A stretch of 8,192 nucleotides of DNA from an uncultured Erysipelotrichaceae bacterium (GTDB lineage: Bacteria; Bacillota_I; Bacilli_A; Erysipelotrichales; Erysipelotrichaceae): contig CAYWGS010000065.1 in assembly GCA_964457525.1 (NCBI GenBank), positions 1 to 8,192 of the forward strand, given 5' to 3'. A model generated the notes under the pieces. The model was given only the letters and a program-made list of their open reading frames with translations, was not told the origin of the DNA and ran no database searches. Shown piece after piece: positions 7,642-8,192 of the stretch (positions are counted from its first letter, which is position 1; every line of letters starts with the position of its first letter). The position numbers and the translations under genes are program-made.

Positions 7642-8192
7642 ATGCGACTATCAGAAAAAATACAAACACTTCGTAAAGAACGTAATCTAACTCAAGAAGC
7701 CTTAGCGGATCAACTCAATGTTTCTCGACAAGCTTTATCCAAATGGGAACTTGGCGCATCGACTCCAGAAGCTGATAAGATTGTTCAATTAAGTGAATTC
7801 TTTAATGTCACAACTGACTATCTCTTGAAGGATGTGGAAGTTAATCACAACACTAAGAAATTCATTAGTAATCCTCGAGTTATTATTCTACTTTCTACCG
7901 CGCTCTCTCTTATTGGTTTAATCGTTGCGTTAGCGATGGGCTTAGATGGAGCTTCGATCTTCTATATGTCCTTTACTAAAGTAGCTGCTGGATTAATCTT
8001 TCAAGTTCTGTCTATACTTGATTTTGAACTTTTATTGTCTCCTCTAGCTAAGAAGGAACATAAATCGATTCGATCCATATTCTATGGGATTAATACATGG
8101 ATTATTACTTTAATTCCAATCATTCTATTTTTTGGTTCATTCGATAAATTTATTTTCTTTATTATTCCTATACAGGATGAGTTGTTGAGGTA
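7642..8192 (+). CDS. Membrane-anchored XRE-family (HTH_3/Cro-C1 type) transcriptional regulator, 3'-partial (183 codons visible, no stop in the window)
   Basis: My own translation from ATG 7642 (SD AAGGAGA 5 nt upstream) is open to the window end. It begins MRLSEKIQTLRKERNLTQEALADQLNVSRQALSKWELGASTPEADKIVQLSEFFNVTTDYLLKD, a textbook XRE HTH. Hydrophobic helices follow at about residues 80-101, 104-126 and 146-166, and a fourth starts at about 170. The gene is absent from the supplied ORF track because it is truncated by the window edge. Confidence 0.85.
   Translation, partial: MRLSEKIQTLRKERNLTQEALADQLNVSRQALSKWELGASTPEADKIVQLSEFFNVTTDYLLKDVEVNHNTKKFISNPRVIILLSTALSLIGLIVALAMGLDGASIFYMSFTKVAAGLIFQVLSILDFELLLSPLAKKEHKSIRSIFYGINTWIITLIPIILFFGSFDKFIFFIIPIQDELLR

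Noticed and set aside
1-8192. A scan for CRISPR repeats, tRNA/rRNA, IS elements or terminal inverted repeats, integrases, long direct repeats and a composition shift
   Set aside because: None found by eye. Composition and codon style look uniform across all five genes. The only repeats are short and coding, for example the tandem AAAGAACTT/AAAGAACTC that encodes KELKEL in addB at about 2050. Reading by eye cannot exclude weak or degenerate repeats, so a self-dot-plot would be the proper check.

Overview
This is an AT-rich window (GC looks mid-30s % by eye) with strong GGAGG-type Shine-Dalgarno sites and an AddAB rather than RecBCD system, which fits a low-GC Bacillota chromosome. I cannot assign a finer taxon from sequence alone.

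Five genes account for almost all of the window:
- Minus strand, one two-gene operon: an EamA/DMT-family 10-TM transporter (810..1676), tightly translationally coupled to an unrecognisable 267-aa cytoplasmic protein (4..807).
- Plus strand, the addB-addA double-strand-break helicase-nuclease operon. addB is 1723..4359. addA is 4343..7495, re-started at the internal ATG with a good SD and overlapping addB by 17 nt. A clear rho-independent terminator follows at 7502..7530.
- Plus strand, a 3'-truncated gene (7642..>8192) that is missing from the ORF track because it runs off the window. It encodes an XRE-type HTH fused to at least 3-4 transmembrane helices. A perfect 7-bp inverted repeat lies upstream of it.

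I see no tRNA/rRNA, CRISPR array, transposase/integrase, IS ends or long repeats. I see no convincing evidence of a novel multi-gene system: most of the window is canonical core DNA repair.

The points worth a second look are modest:
- the orphan 267-aa protein coupled to the transporter;
- a shortened AddB with no P-loop but an intact Fe-S/nuclease domain;
- a palindromic TATAATTATA that supplies a -10 box on both strands of the 46-bp divergent intergenic region;
- the membrane-anchored XRE regulator and its candidate operator.
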